A DNA stretch of 64,000 nt from Octopus vulgaris (GCA_951406725.2 OX597833.1:50096001-50160000), one strand, 5' to 3'; shown: positions 42,690 to 57,216, counted from the stretch's first letter. The notes: a model not told the origin generated them from the sequence alone. Made by a program: numbers and translations.

Positions 42690-42959
42690 AAACAGTAAGC
42701 TTGGCAGGAAAGAAACGTGCCTTTAAGCAGTACAAAAACTACAAAAAATGGAAGGTGCAGTTATGTACAGGTTGACGGAAGAAAAGCAGCTTTATCGATC
42801 GCATTCTCACCTGGAATCGATTTTTGTAACTTTTTCCAGACTTATACACGCCCTAATACCGTCGGTATCTACATATCAAATTTGAGCGCAATTGGATGGA
42901 GGATGCCCGAGATCTTAGAAGACACACACACACAGACAGAACGGATTTTATATAATAGA
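42690..42959 (-). mobile_element. Helitron-like 5' end fragment
   Basis: Minus strand a|TCtattatataaaatccgttctgtctgtgtgtg, similar to the 5' end of the element at 47301; 3' end not found, left boundary approximate. Confidence 0.5.
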
Positions 42960-43257
42960 TAATGACTCTCCCTAGACACAACAACATTTAATATTTATTG
43001 CAAAAATGTACGAGACTTAAATTAGTTTTTCACAAAACCTCGATTCATGAGATAAAAACATTGAAAATATTAGATACAAAATGGCGTCGGAGTCGCATAT
43101 TTAATCTACTGTCGAATATATAAAGAAGTAAACACTACGTAATGTGTTGCTGAGATCCCCAACAAAATTGCGACATAACTAGAATAACTTTCTTCATAGA
43201 TTTGGTGGTGCCCGTGGCCCGTCAGAAGACTCCTGAATTTTATGGGAAAAAGAGTAA

Positions 43258-43642
43258 GAGCTTGCTTACCAACCACATGGTTCCGGGTTCATTCCCACTG
43301 CGTGGCACCTTGGGCAAGTGTCTTCTACTATAGCCTCGGGCCGACCAAAGCCTTGTGAGTAGATTTGGTAGACGGAAACTGGAAGAAGCCCGTCGTATAT
43401 ATGTATATATATATATGTATGTATGTATATGTTTGTGTGTCTGTGTTTGTACCCCCATCATTGCTTGACAACTGATGGTAGTGTGTTTATGTCCCGTAAC
43501 TTAGCGGTTCAGCAAAAGAGACTGATAGAATAAGTACTAGGCTTACAAAGAATAAGTCCTGGGGGTCGATTTACTCGACTAGAAGGCGGTGCTCCAGCAT
43601 GGCCGCAGTCAAATGACTGAAACAAGTAAAAGAGTAAAGAGT
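43258..43642 (+). mobile_element. SINE family A
   Basis: Consensus match, slightly 5'-truncated. Confidence 0.92.
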
Positions 43643-44421
43643 ATATCTTGATACTGGAGAAACAGCACGAATGATTACAATTGAGTGGATTCCCAGGAAA
43701 GACACGCAAGCTTTCAAGGGCGGTGGGTGTTAATCGGGGGCACAATTTGTGTCTGTTGCTTGAGTAGGCCGTGTCGAGATTTGAATTAAAAATATCCAAA
43801 GAAACAGAACAAATACCATGAGGCATCTGTTCCTACTTTGAGTTTCGCCAATCCACCGCACCAGATTTGATCACATTTTATCCACCACAAAAGGATGACA
43901 GGCAAAATAGGCCTCGGTGAGATTCGAACTCAGAGTGGAGAAAGTTGGAACAATTACCGCAAAGCTTTTTGTCCCAAGCTCTGACGACACTGCCAATTAT
44001 CCATTGCAGCTGGGATTAAACTACAACCGTCGAATATAAAGGAGACGCTTTAAATGTTATAATGAGATGTTAAATATATAGGGCAGGAGTGGCTGTCTGG
44101 TAATAGAAGCAGGAGTGACTGTGTGTGAGAAGCTTGCTTCCCAACTACATGGTTCCGTGCTCAGTCCCACTGCGTGGTACCTTAGGCAAGTGTCTTCTAC
44201 TATAGACTCGGGTCAACCGAAGCCTTGTGAGTGGATTTGGTGGACGGAAACTAAAAGAAGCTCGTCGTATATATATATATATAATATTTTTTTCGTAATG
44301 AGATAATAAACCAACGCATAATCACCTATTCTCGACCCCTTATTCGCATAATCACCGAATCTGGAACTTAATATGGTCTATAGCACTTATTCAGTATTAC
44401 TTGACACCATTACCTCTCATA

Positions 44422-44503
<82 letters not shown>

Positions 44504-44515
44504 CATGTATATATA

Positions 44516-44926
44516 TAGGCGCAGGAGTGGCTGTGTGGTAAGTAGCTTGCTAACCTCCCACATGGTTGCGGGTTCAGTCCCACTGCGTGGCATCTTGGGC
44601 AAGTGTCTTCTGCTATAGCCCCGGGCCGACCAATGCCTTGTGAGTGGATTTGGTAGACGGAAACTGAAATAAGCCCGTCGTATATATATATATACATATA
44701 TGTGTGTGTGTGTGTGTGTGTTTGTGTGTCTGTGTTTGTCCCCCTAGCATTGCTTGACAACCGATGCTGGTGTGTTTATGTCCCCGTTACTTAGCGGTTC
44801 GGCAAAAGAGACTGATAGAATAAGTACTGAGCTTACAAAAGAATAAGTCCCGGGGTCGAGTTGCTCGAGTAAAGGCGGTGCTCCAGCATGGCCGCAGTCA
44901 AATGACTGAAACAAGTAAAAGAATAA
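44516..44926 (+). mobile_element. SINE family A, full length
   Basis: Consensus match; a 5'-half copy lies at about 44080-44270. Confidence 0.93.
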
Positions 44927-45312
44927 AGGAGTATATATGCGTGTGGGGGGGGGGGGGCACACGTGCGTGTATGTGTGTATCTGTGTTTGACCCACCCACC
45001 ATCGCTTGACGACACTCTTAACTGCAAGCACTATTTGAGAATCTATACTATATATGCATGTAAGCAGTCCGTAGCCAAACGTGCGTGCACAGTTATCAGC
45101 ATACCATAACCGTTCGATAGAAATACGTGTGTTCTTCATTTTCCTCGTTTTTTTTCTTTTATTCTCTATTCTTTCAAAAGTCGATCGTATGCTTGAAGCG
45201 TAAAAGCCATTTCCTCTTAATTTCTTGTAATTCCTGTGCCTAAACTTAATACATCCCCGCCCTTTTTTTTATCTCGTCTTTCTGTTATTTATACTTTTCA
45301 GATTTCATATAT

Positions 45313-45371
<59 letters not shown>

Positions 45372-45474
45372 TATATACATATACATATATATATACATAT
45401 ATATATATATATACATATATAATATACATATATAATATACATATATAATATACATATATAATATACATATATAA

Positions 45475-46065
45475 TCTCTTATTATAAAAGGCAGATTTTA
45501 TCTGCCTCCCTTTGGGAGTTATACAAATCTACAATATAGGATTTCTTCAATTACAATTTACCTAGCAATTTTAAGAGTACAATGCATCGCGTCATGCCAG
45601 GTCCAGTTTTCAAAATATGGAAGCAAAACTTAGAATGACAAAGAATAAAAAAAAAATGTAAAAAAAAACGAAACAAAATAAAAAAAATTGTAAGTAAACC
45701 ACAGACAAAAGTTTTAGAAGGTGAGATAAAAGACACCCCTCTGTGAGATACCCACACTTGATATGCAGAAAAGGAGCAGGTAAAAATCCCATATTGTGTA
45801 CAATGTATACAAAATCCTTATACTCACCTGACCATAGAAAATAGATAGCGATCATGAATAGGGTGTTTCCATTCTTAAACTCCAATTAAGCAAAATTTAC
45901 AGAAAACTCACATTCTGGTGTGTGTGTCAAATGCTTTTCTTAGTCTGGTTTACACCACACGCAAACGCACACACACAGTGGGCAACGAATAAAATGAAAC
46001 TAATTCACTTACTGTAGTGAGGGATTCTTTCACTCTGCCTCCCACTTCCTCTTTCCACACATAGA
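45475..46065 (+). mobile_element. Possible non-autonomous Helitron-like element
   Basis: Starts a|TCtcttattataaaaggcag directly after a (TA)-rich tract; no CTRR end located, right boundary approximate. Confidence 0.35.
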
Positions 46066-46253
46066 TACGCAAATATATAAATAAAATTGTAAGCTAACGT
46101 GCGTGTGTGTCAGTGTGTGTGTGTGTGTGTGTGTGCGCGTGTGTGTGTGTGTGAGGGTGCGTGTGTGTGTGTGTGTGTGTGTGCGTGTGCGTGAGTGTGT
46201 GACAGGAAAGTTTTTTACGATGAATATAACACCTATATCCAAGTAGCAGAAAG

Positions 46254-46514
46254 ATAAGACAGTAAGGTGTGATTTGAGGGAGATTTGGCTGCTATTTCTA
46301 CCATGTCTAGCTGCCATGTAGGGGTCTCCCTCATAGGCTCATACATATATACATAGATAAGACAGTAAGGTGTGATTTGGGGGAAATTTGGCTGCTATTT
46401 CTACCAGGTCTAGCTACCATGTAGAGGTCCCCCTCATTGGCTCATATATATATACATACATAAGACAGTAAGGTGTGATTTGAGGGAGATTTGGCTGCTG
46501 TTTCTACCAGGTCT
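46254..46514 (+). repeat. Tandem repeat, 103-bp unit x ~2.5
   Basis: ataagacagtaaggtgtgatttg(a/g)ggga.. starts at 46254, 46357 and 46460. Confidence 0.92.
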
Positions 46515-46879
46515 GTTAGGCCTTCTCATGTAAACTCAAGCTTTCTCATGCCTTGAACATAAGACCAAAGCAGAGAATGTATTCTTTTATTCTTCTGCTT
46601 TTTCCAGCCATTGTTCTGTGGCCATGCTGGGGCAATGCCTTGAAGAATTGTAGTTTAATGAATCAACTCCAGTTTTATTTTTGTAAGCATTGTACTTATT
46701 CTATCTGTTTCCTTTGTCAAACCACTAGGTGACAGGGATGTAAACAAACCAACATTCGTTGTCAAGCAGTGGTGGAGGACAATCACAAGCACAGACACGC
46801 ACACACACACACATACATGCATACACATATACACACATACATACATACATACATATATATATATGTGTGTATATATATA

Positions 46880-47138
46880 TTGCAGCGTGGAAGGTGTTTG
46901 TAAGCCATTTAAGAAACACACAAAAACCGTTACATTCACTTCAACATTTAAATTTAATTTGCCAAAATATTTTCGTCACTTTGAGACCGCCACCTGTTCA
47001 CTGACAAAAATATCGTGCTAACAGGTCGCGGTCTCAAAGCGACGAAAATATTTTGACAAATTAAATTTAAATGTTGAAGTGAATCTAACGGTTTTTGTGT
47101 GTTTCTTAGATGGCTTATAAACACCTTCAACGCTGCAA
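46880..47138. repeat. Long palindrome with 119-bp arms and a 21-nt loop (Penelope-like terminal relic?)
   Basis: Arms 46880-46998 and 47020-47138, 7 mismatches by manual alignment. Confidence 0.92.
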
Positions 47139-47300
47139 CTGTTTTCGTTCCAGCACACGATCTCAGATCAAGTCACTTGCTATGCAAGTACATCTCTGTA
47201 ACTATATATATATTTATATATATATATATATGTATATTGGTAAAAACAGTAAGATAACAAAAGAAAGAAAGAGACCTCAATATTATGTAAATAGAGGAAA

Positions 47301-47695
47301 TCTTTATATATAAAAGTGAGGTTGTGTGTCTGTCTCCTACCATTTACATTCCTAACTACTCCCACATTTTGCGGTACAGTTTAACCAAAACCGGGTATCT
47401 TATAGTCGTGATTCATATCGAGACCGTCTGGGTATTAGCGCGCGTCTACGATGAGTCTACGATTTAAAAAAAAATTTACCATCAATTTTTCCCATTTTTA
47501 ATCCATTTTTGACATATATAAGGGAAGTAACTCTCTAAAATTTATTATTAAATCTCAGAACGTAAAAAGCTACAGTAACACCCCCTCCCCTTTGTGGTTA
47601 GCCATATTGAGATGGCTATTATACTTTACATCTCTAAAAATGCTTATATAATTATTTCCCTTACAAACCCGAGCAACGCCGGGCGATACTGCTAG
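47301..47695 (+). mobile_element. Non-autonomous Helitron, complete (395 bp)
   Basis: Inserted between A (47300) and T (47696); 5' TC; subterminal hairpin CCCG(A)GC-AAC-GCCGGG (47668-47683); 3' CTAG. Confidence 0.85.
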
Positions 47696-47696
47696 T

Positions 47697-48098
47697 ATAC
47701 ATATATAATATACATATATAATATACATATATAATATACATATATAATATACATATGTAATATATATATATAATATACATATGTAATATATATACATATA
47801 TATATAATATACATACATAATATACATATATATATAATATACATACATAATATACATATATATATAATATACATACATAATATACATATATATATATAAT
47901 ATACATATATATATATAATATACATATATATATAATATACATATATATATATATAATATACATATATATATATAAATATACATATATATATATAATATAC
48001 ATATATATATATATATAATACATATATATATATAAATATACATATATATATATAATATACATATATATATATAATATACATATATATATATAATATAC

Positions 48099-48135
<37 letters not shown>

Positions 48136-48345
48136 CATATATACATATATATATATATACATATATATATACATATATATATATATGTGTATGTATATAT
48201 GATATATATATATGTATATATGATATATGATATATATACATATATATATATATGTATATATGTATGTATATATGATATATATACATATATATATATGTAT
48301 GTATATATGTATATATATATATATTTATTTATTTATATATATGCG
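47697..48345. repeat. (TA)n-derived minisatellite (taatatacatatata units)
   Basis: Direct reading. Confidence 0.93.
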
Positions 48346-48524
48346 TGTGTGTCTGTGTGTGTAAGTGTGTGTGTTTACGAATGTATGTAAAATGAATGTA
48401 TCTATGTCTTCATCTAAGTTTATATATACAAAACGTTGGAGTGTTCCTGTGTTTTTGCGTTCGCAGCATGCTATTTCTCTCTTGAGAGACACTTTCTGTT
48501 TGCTCGTCTGTTTGAGCGTATGTG

Positions 48525-48589
<65 letters not shown>

Positions 48590-49252
48590 GTATTTATGTG
48601 TGTATCTATGGATGGGTGTCTGCATATATTCACGCGTGCGTTTGTGTATTTCTGTCGACGGGAACCACCTCGCGTTTACGCGGAATTACGAATCTCGTTG
48701 GAACACTGACACGGTATTTAAAGCCTATTTCCGCCCGCACAATATTCTCAGTGTTATATTTCAGAAGCACAGCTATTTCCATATTGATAAGCAGCCAACA
48801 CATTTCGCTCCATCTGTGTTTACATCCATAATATTCGGCCCCCATATAAGAGTAGTAACGTTGACGTCAGCAAAACCGCCCGAAATTTTGGCTATTTTGA
48901 CAATCATGCTGTGGTAGTGGTCAGATTACATCTACTAAAGGCACCACACTGTTTAGCCAGATGTGGATACAGACCTCCTTGAAGATACGGCAAACTGGGT
49001 GGTCACAAGTTGAATGAAAGCAGTGAAGGGCGGCCTCTGCTTAGTGACACTAAAGTACTAAGCATTAATGTATACAATGTCTGTTTATCTGTCGTTTCTC
49101 TTTCTTATTATGTGCACGCGCGCACACACAGACATTGTGCGTGTGTGTATGTGACAGAGCGAGAGAGAGAAAGAGAGAGAGAGAGAAAGATGCGTAGGCG
49201 TAGGCATGGCTGTGAAGCAAGTTTGCTTCACAACCACCGGGCTCTGCTATAT

Positions 49253-49800
49253 ATTTCTTTATTGCCCACAAGGGGCTAAACATAGAGAGGACAAAGAAGG
49301 ACAGACAAACGGATTAAGTCGATTACATCGACCCCAGTGTGTAACTGGTATTTATTTAATCGACCCCAAAAGGAGGAAAAGCAAAGTCGACCTCGGTGGA
49401 ATTTGAACTCAGAACGTTGCGGCAGACGTAATGTAAAGACAGACGAAATACTGCTAAGCATTTCGCCCGACTAACGTTTCACAATTTGTTTACACAGAGA
49501 GGACAAACAAGGACACACAGGTTAAGTCGAAATTACTCCAGTGCGTAACTTATATCGACCCTAAAAGGATGAAAGACAAAGTCGACCTCGGCGGAATTTG
49601 AACTCAGAACGTAGCGGCAGACGAAATACCTATTTCTTTACTACCCACAAGAGGCTAAACACAGAGAGGACAAACAAGGACAGACAAACGGATTAAATCG
49701 ATTATATCGACCCTAGTGCGTAACTGGTACTTATTTTAATCGACCCCGAAAGGATGAAAGGCAAAGTCGACCTCGGCGGAATTTGAACTCAGAACGTAAC
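49253..49800 (-). mobile_element. SINE B tandem array, three rearranged units
   Basis: Three ..aaagtcgacctcg(g)cggaatttgaactcagaacg.. blocks; junction gcagacgaaatacctatttctttactaccc near 49620. Confidence 0.87.
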
Positions 49801-50811
49801 CATTAGTGGAAGAAACATTTAAGTTTATATTGGAGACTGTCCAGAACATGCTAAAATTTATATACACGAAACTACTAAACTACTGAATTCATTTTACACG
49901 TATTTCTTGAGACCAAGTCGCAGTTGTCTGATGAAAATTCAGACTCTTCGAGAATTCTATGTAAAATGAATTTAACCGTGGTTATGTGCGTGTGTGTGTG
50001 CGTGTGTGCGTGTGCGAGGGCGCGTTTAGCTGGTTAAAAAAGGTTCTACCAGGATATAATTTGCTTCAGTTGAAAAATACAATCTCAGATAAAGTCACTT
50101 GCTGAGCAAATTATTTCTCCCAAATAAATCAATTATTTCGTAAGCTACAGTCGCAGACAGGAGATATGTTTTGCGTTTAGCTGAGCCTCTGGCCCATTTT
50201 TCGATTACAACTTAAGAATAATTTATTTTACACGGCAAAAAAAAAATGATATACATCATAGCAGCCAATAGAGTTCTCAAAGAATTCTAATTAGGAATGA
50301 GTGAGTTTCGCGACGGCCTTGTGAGAATTATGACGTAGTACTTTTGTCAACAGTGGAGGTAAAAAGGTTTCTTTTTTATCCCCGCAGCAAATAAACAGTT
50401 TCGACACATACACATAATCATTTAATACATGCAGACAACACTTATTCATAAATATTCATTGGTGCTTTTTATAATTATATATTCATGATGTCTATTAACT
50501 TTATTAAAACTGAGCGCTGCTGTGATATTACAGTAAATAGAGAGTTGATAAGGATGATTTTACAACATACAAAATTTGATGCTATTTTTTTTTCCTTCAT
50601 TCCGCATCCCCACTCTCTCTCTCTTGCTCTGTCTTCTGAGTTCAATTCGCTTCTTTGACACAAAAATAAGGACCAGTAGAAAAATTGTGAGACAGGTAGG
50701 GGGAGATAATTCAATGAGCTTATACTCGTCTCTCTTAACAAAATCAATCTCCTTTTTTTTCAAAATTTGGATTCTGTCCCCATCAAGGAATTTTCTTTTC
50801 GTGCTGACGCC

Positions 50812-50837
50812 TGTAGTAGTTGTAGCAGTAGTAGTAA

Positions 50838-50873
<36 letters not shown>

Positions 50874-51147
50874 CGGTGGTGGTGGTAGTAGAAGTAGTAG
50901 TGGTGGTAGTAATAGTAGTTGTAGTAGTAGTGGTAGTGGTGGTGTTGGTGGTGTGGTGTTGGTAGTAGTAGTAGTGGCGGCGGTGGTTGTAGTAGTAGTT
51001 GTGGTGGAAGTGGTTGTGGTGATGGTAGTAGTAGTAGTGGCGGCGGTTGTTGTAGTAGTAGTAGTAGTAGTAGTACTAGTGGTGGTCGTGGTAGTAGTAG
51101 TAGTAGTGGCGGCGGTGGTAGTAGTAGTAGTGGTGGTGGTGGTGATG

Positions 51148-51183
<36 letters not shown>

Positions 51184-51727
51184 ATATGAAGAGGAGGAGG
51201 AGGGGGCGGAGGAAGAGGAATGATAGTTGTGATGAAAGCAAAAACCCTAGCAATCGCAATTTGTGTTGTTTATTTTTGTTCAAATTATTGGGAAGCGGGA
51301 AGAGAAGGAAGAAGAGATGAGTTTTGGTTGCAGTATGTGTGTCTGGGTGCGTGTGTGTGTGGTGGGATTTGTCCCTCAAGAAATGCCAACTGGAAAATAA
51401 CATTAAAAAACAACAACAACAACAACAATAATAATAGTAATTATAAAAACATTAATAGTTCTAAATTTATAATAAAGATGATGACGATGGTGATGATGAT
51501 GGTGATGATGATGGTGATGATGATGGCGATGATGATGATGGTGGTGGTGGTGATGATGATGATGATGATGAAGGTGATGATGGTGATAATGGTGATGATG
51601 GTGATGATGATGATGATGGTGATGGTGATGGTGATGATGGTGATGGTGATGATGATAATGATGATGGTGATGATGGTGATGATGATGATGATGATGATGA
51701 TGATGGTGGTGATGATGATGGTGACGA

Positions 51728-51758
<31 letters not shown>

Positions 51759-51809
51759 CATGATGATGACGATGGTGATGATGATGATGATGATGACGAT
51801 GGTGATGAC

Positions 51810-51845
<36 letters not shown>

Positions 51846-51960
51846 AGTGATGATGATGATGAAAATAAACAGTAGGATAATTATTAAGAGGGCTCTATGA
51901 TGATGTTGATGATGATGGTGGTGATAATGGTGGTGATGATGACGACGACGACAGCAACAA
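50812..51960. repeat. (GTA/GTG)n and (GAT/GGT)n trinucleotide repeats
   Basis: Direct reading; explains the poly-V/M ORFs. Confidence 0.95.
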
Positions 51961-52315
51961 CAATAACAACGATACCAGAAATTAAGAATAAATAAAATAA
52001 ATAAATAAATAAATAAAATAAATAAATGAATAAACAAAAATAAATAAATCTCTTCCCAAAGGAATATTTCTCTCGAGATGTAATAATCTCATAAACATTC
52101 TTTTTCCCGCTAACACCTATTAACACCTTCCACCTCTCCAGTTTCCTCCCGTTTTCCCGTCTCTTCTTTTACCCAACCTGTATTTCCTTCGTCTCATCGC
52201 ATTCTCCTCCCCGCAACACATTCCCTCCCTCCCCCACCCCCAACCACTTCGATACTCACTATTTCTCCATCCAATCCCTCCTTCATATTACTCCTTCCCC
52301 CCACCACACTAGCTT

Positions 52316-52366
<51 letters not shown>

Positions 52367-52367
52367 A

Positions 52368-52410
<43 letters not shown>

Positions 52411-52945
52411 ATTTGGCTCAGGTTTGGCATTTTCATCATCATCATCATTATTATTATTATTGTTATTACTATTAATATTATTTTTATTATTATTATTATT
52501 ACTATTAATATTATTATTTTTATTATTATTATTATTACTATTACTATTATTATTCTTATTATTATTACTATTATTATTATTTCTATTATTATTATTATTA
52601 TTACTATTATTATTCTTATTATTATTACTATTACTATTACTATTATTATTATTATTATTATTATTCTTATTATTATTCTTATTCTTATTATTATTACTAT
52701 TACTATTATTATTATTATTACTATTACTATTACTATTATTATTATTATTATTATAATAACTATTACTATTACTATTATTATTATTATTATTACTATTACT
52801 ATTCTTCTTATTATTATTATAATAACTATTACTATTACTATTATTATTATTATTATTATTACTATTACTATTATTATTATTATTATTATTACTATTACTA
52901 TTATTATTATTATTATTATTATTAGTAGTAGTAGTAGTAGTATCA
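52316..52945. repeat. (CTA)n/(TTA)n trinucleotide repeats
   Basis: Direct reading. Confidence 0.95.
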
Positions 52946-53516
52946 TTATTTTGTCTTTTTACTCTTTCTTATATGCCTCCGTTTCATTTATTGTTTTTTT
53001 TTCTTTTTTGTTTTCATTTATAGTTTTAGTCTAACTTGGCTCATTCCTCCAATTTTCTTCACTCATCTTTGCAAATTCATTCTTAGAATATTTTTTGCAG
53101 TTATTTGTTTCAAATACTGTGCGCATATATACGCAGGACTTCCACATGCCCACATATAATGTAAACACATTTATACATGTGTAGTTCTTATACACTCAGG
53201 CATTGTGCTATGATATTTTATGCATTCCTATATATGTTTTATATGCGTCTAAATACATTCTGCACACACGCATTTATATATTTATATATATGCATACACA
53301 CATTACATATATTTAAACACACGTTTATGTTTATACGTATCTACGCACATATGTATATACACAAACACGCACATATATAGAGATATAGGCATATATGCAT
53401 AAACATGATTTCACATGCACATAAAAATATATACATATAGACACATATACTCACGCACAATTTATGTACAATTATATGCATATATATAAAAATGCATCTC
53501 TCTCTATCTCTATCTA

Positions 53517-53574
<58 letters not shown>

Positions 53575-54699
53575 TATATGTGTATGTATATTTATATGCA
53601 TGTATATCTTTATGTAAATCTACCTATCTATCAATCTCTCTATATACATATATATATATAGATATACACATATTTTTATATATATATATACATATATATA
53701 TACATATATATACATAGATATATAATAATACAAACATACATACACACACATACACACACACGCGCACACACACATATATATATATACATACATACATATA
53801 TACACACACACACACACATACATATACACACACACACACACACACATATATACATATATATAAGCGCATACGTGTGCATGCATACACGGGCACACGCACA
53901 TGCGCATACATTCATATTTGCCTTTTCACTATAAATTAGCCTTACGCAAATATTAAACATGCATGAAATCATCATACACGCGCACTCATCCCCCACATAC
54001 ATCACCAACCCATTCACACACACATATACACACATATACACACACTTTCACACCTACAAACTCAAACAGTTTCGTATTTAAGAAATCATCCTTGTGTTCT
54101 TTATTCATGGAAAAGGAACATGAAAATTTCTAGTGCAGATTTTTCTCTATTCTTAAACAAGGCACTAACGGGCAATTGCTAGCTGCATGCGCAACTTCAA
54201 AGAAAATATGCAGAAAACGAGTGCATTTGTTTTGCAGGTTTTGGCAAGACGCTCTTGCAACTTCGGTGGTAAAAGCGAGAACTTTTTTTTTGAGAAAATC
54301 ACCGAAAGATAAGCATGGTGACATCAAGCCAAATCAACAAGGCGCAGTAACACGGTACACTAAGCAGATCTGTTTAATGTATTTCTCCGTCAATAATGAC
54401 TTGGATACAACTCAGGTGAGAACATTAGTGATGCAACAAGGGAGAAACTTCCTACAAGTAACGGATAAATATTTTACTGGTTGACAGCACAGAGATCAGG
54501 TACATCTCTCATACAGCAGTTTTATCCTGGGTGTTTTTTTTCCCCCTATTTTTGTGCTTGTTTTATTTGTTGAACTGAGGACATGATGGAGCAATGCCTT
54601 GTTCTATCTATTTCTTTTTACCAAACGTCTTCGTACAGGGACCTTAACAAATCAACAACGATTGTCAAGCGGTGAGACTAAATCAAAATATACAAATTT

Positions 54700-54840
54700 G
54701 GTGTCTCGAATTTTGGTTAAATCAGTTTTTCTCAAAGGAAAGGCCTATGGGACGGTCGAACAAGTTGTTTTGTGAAAATTTGGTTTAAATGTTTGGCAAC
54801 TCAGCACAGCCCATTGGACGGGTGAGCGTTTTGTTCGTAT
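54700..54840 (-). repeat. Dispersed repeat 'F' copy
   Basis: Reverse complement of 42408-42560. Confidence 0.75.
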
Positions 54841-54997
54841 ATATATATATAGGTAGAACCTGATCAGTCTGGGATATATCTATAATGGTAAATATTTTTG
54901 ATCTTTATTCCTTCCTGAATTTATCTCTTTTGGTGTCTCTAGCACTACGCTTCCTTATTTGGAAGCCATTTATTATATTTCTATATGAATAATATAT

Positions 54998-55057
<60 letters not shown>

Positions 55058-55426
55058 TATATATATACATATTTATATGCATATATATATGCATACAGAG
55101 AGAGAGAAAGATACATACATACATACATACACACACACATACATACATACATACATAAACACATACATAGGCATGATTCATAGCTTGTATAGGTATGGGT
55201 GTGATGTTTATACAGGTTACTCCGTCTGCCTATATTATTTTGTGTGTTATGAGTGCATTTACTTAAGTCTCTGCTACTCATTTGCATATATACTTGACAG
55301 CCTATGCGCATGCGTGCGTGAATATATGTGTATATATGTATATATACATATATTCATGCAAACATATTGACATGAGGCTTCTGACGTGAAAGTTCGTGCA
55401 TATATATCTATGTATGTATATATATG

Positions 55427-55488
<62 letters not shown>

Positions 55489-55864
55489 CGTGTGTGTATG
55501 TGGGCGAGTGTGTGTGTGTGTGTATGTGTTGTTCAGGAAATGTGTGGGTTGCGTAAAACCAATTTAAAACAACTCTTAGTAATGACATTAACACGTGAGC
55601 ATGCTCTCACGTGACAATTCCGCAGAAATTTACATACCAGATTACAAACAAACATACCTTATTCATTATTTATGCAAAACAGGATGATGTGTTTGGACAC
55701 ACATGCACGTGCATACAGGATCTCACGTATGCATGATGTGTGCATCACACAAAGACAACATCCTATTCAAATATTCCAACAGGAATATGTATATATGTAT
55801 ATATATATATATATGTGTGTGTGTATGTATGTATGTATGTATGTATATAATATATGTACGTATG

Positions 55865-55895
<31 letters not shown>

Positions 55896-55909
55896 GCAGG
55901 CATACATGC

Positions 55910-55964
<55 letters not shown>

Positions 55965-56186
55965 TATATATATATATGTGCGTGTATATATATACACATG
56001 TATATACATATATAGATATGTATATATCTATATCTATCTATATATATATATGCATATACACACATACGTACATTGCATACACACACATACTTGCGTAGAA
56101 TTATATATTTGATCATACATCATAAAAAAACATACATAAAGCAAAGAGAGAATGATAGACAGATGTATAGATAGATACCCAAACAT

Positions 56187-56218
<32 letters not shown>

Positions 56219-56231
56219 GTAGGTAGGTAGG

Positions 56232-56319
<88 letters not shown>

Positions 56320-57216
56320 GAGCAGAAATTATTTAGTGAGCTTATACAGCCAACTTTACGTTGGCGTATATATATATATGTGTGCACATGCGCGTATATA
56401 TATATATGCGCACACTCAAGCTCTACTCAACCCTTTCTGTTACTCTTTCTCTTACTCACACACACACACACACACCACACGCACGCACACGGATACATAT
56501 ATGTACGCATAGTTTTTTAATATATATATATATATATATATTCACATGTGATGCACTTTCGAACAGATGCATTATATTCATAAGCCCACTCGTACCTCGT
56601 ACAGCCACATACACACACACAATTACACACAGACTCGCACGCACAAACACACATACATGCGCCCACACAGACACACACATAATATGCGCCCACACTGACA
56701 CACACACACACACACATACAGTGACAGTCACCCTGTATAAATGCACACATCCAACTGTCATATGCCTATAATAGACTTGTCAAGTAAACAATTTTACTAA
56801 ATTAATTTAGTTTATTGAAACAGGGAGAGTGAGCAAACCACGTGACAATGATGATGCCTCTGCCGATGTCATAAGACTTATCTTAACCTAATGACATCCG
56901 CTGACATACTGCAATGACATCTGTCGTTATGTCGCGTTGATTAAATGATGAGGAAGGGTTTCGGTTAGGTCTAATAGTTGCGTGCAGTAAGTTTCGCTCG
57001 TTAAGGAAGAGGAGGTAGATAAAACAGGAGAAATATTATTGGGAAAATATGGAGACAAAAATATGGAGTTTGAATATTCTGTAGAGAGATTTAAGAAAAA
57101 AGAAAAAAAAGACAAACAACTCGGTAGAGGATTGATTGTACACCATATGGAAATATGGCGGAAATATGACTGAAAAGAAAAGCTGCCACAGCGCAGAAAA
57201 AACAGTTGCAATATGG

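Noticed and set aside
45820-45860. Strong minus-strand donor (TCAG|gtgagt) after MIAIYFLWS, phase-compatible with the CUB exon
   Set aside because: Too short for a signal peptide and inside a probable repeat; cannot be supported without RNA data.
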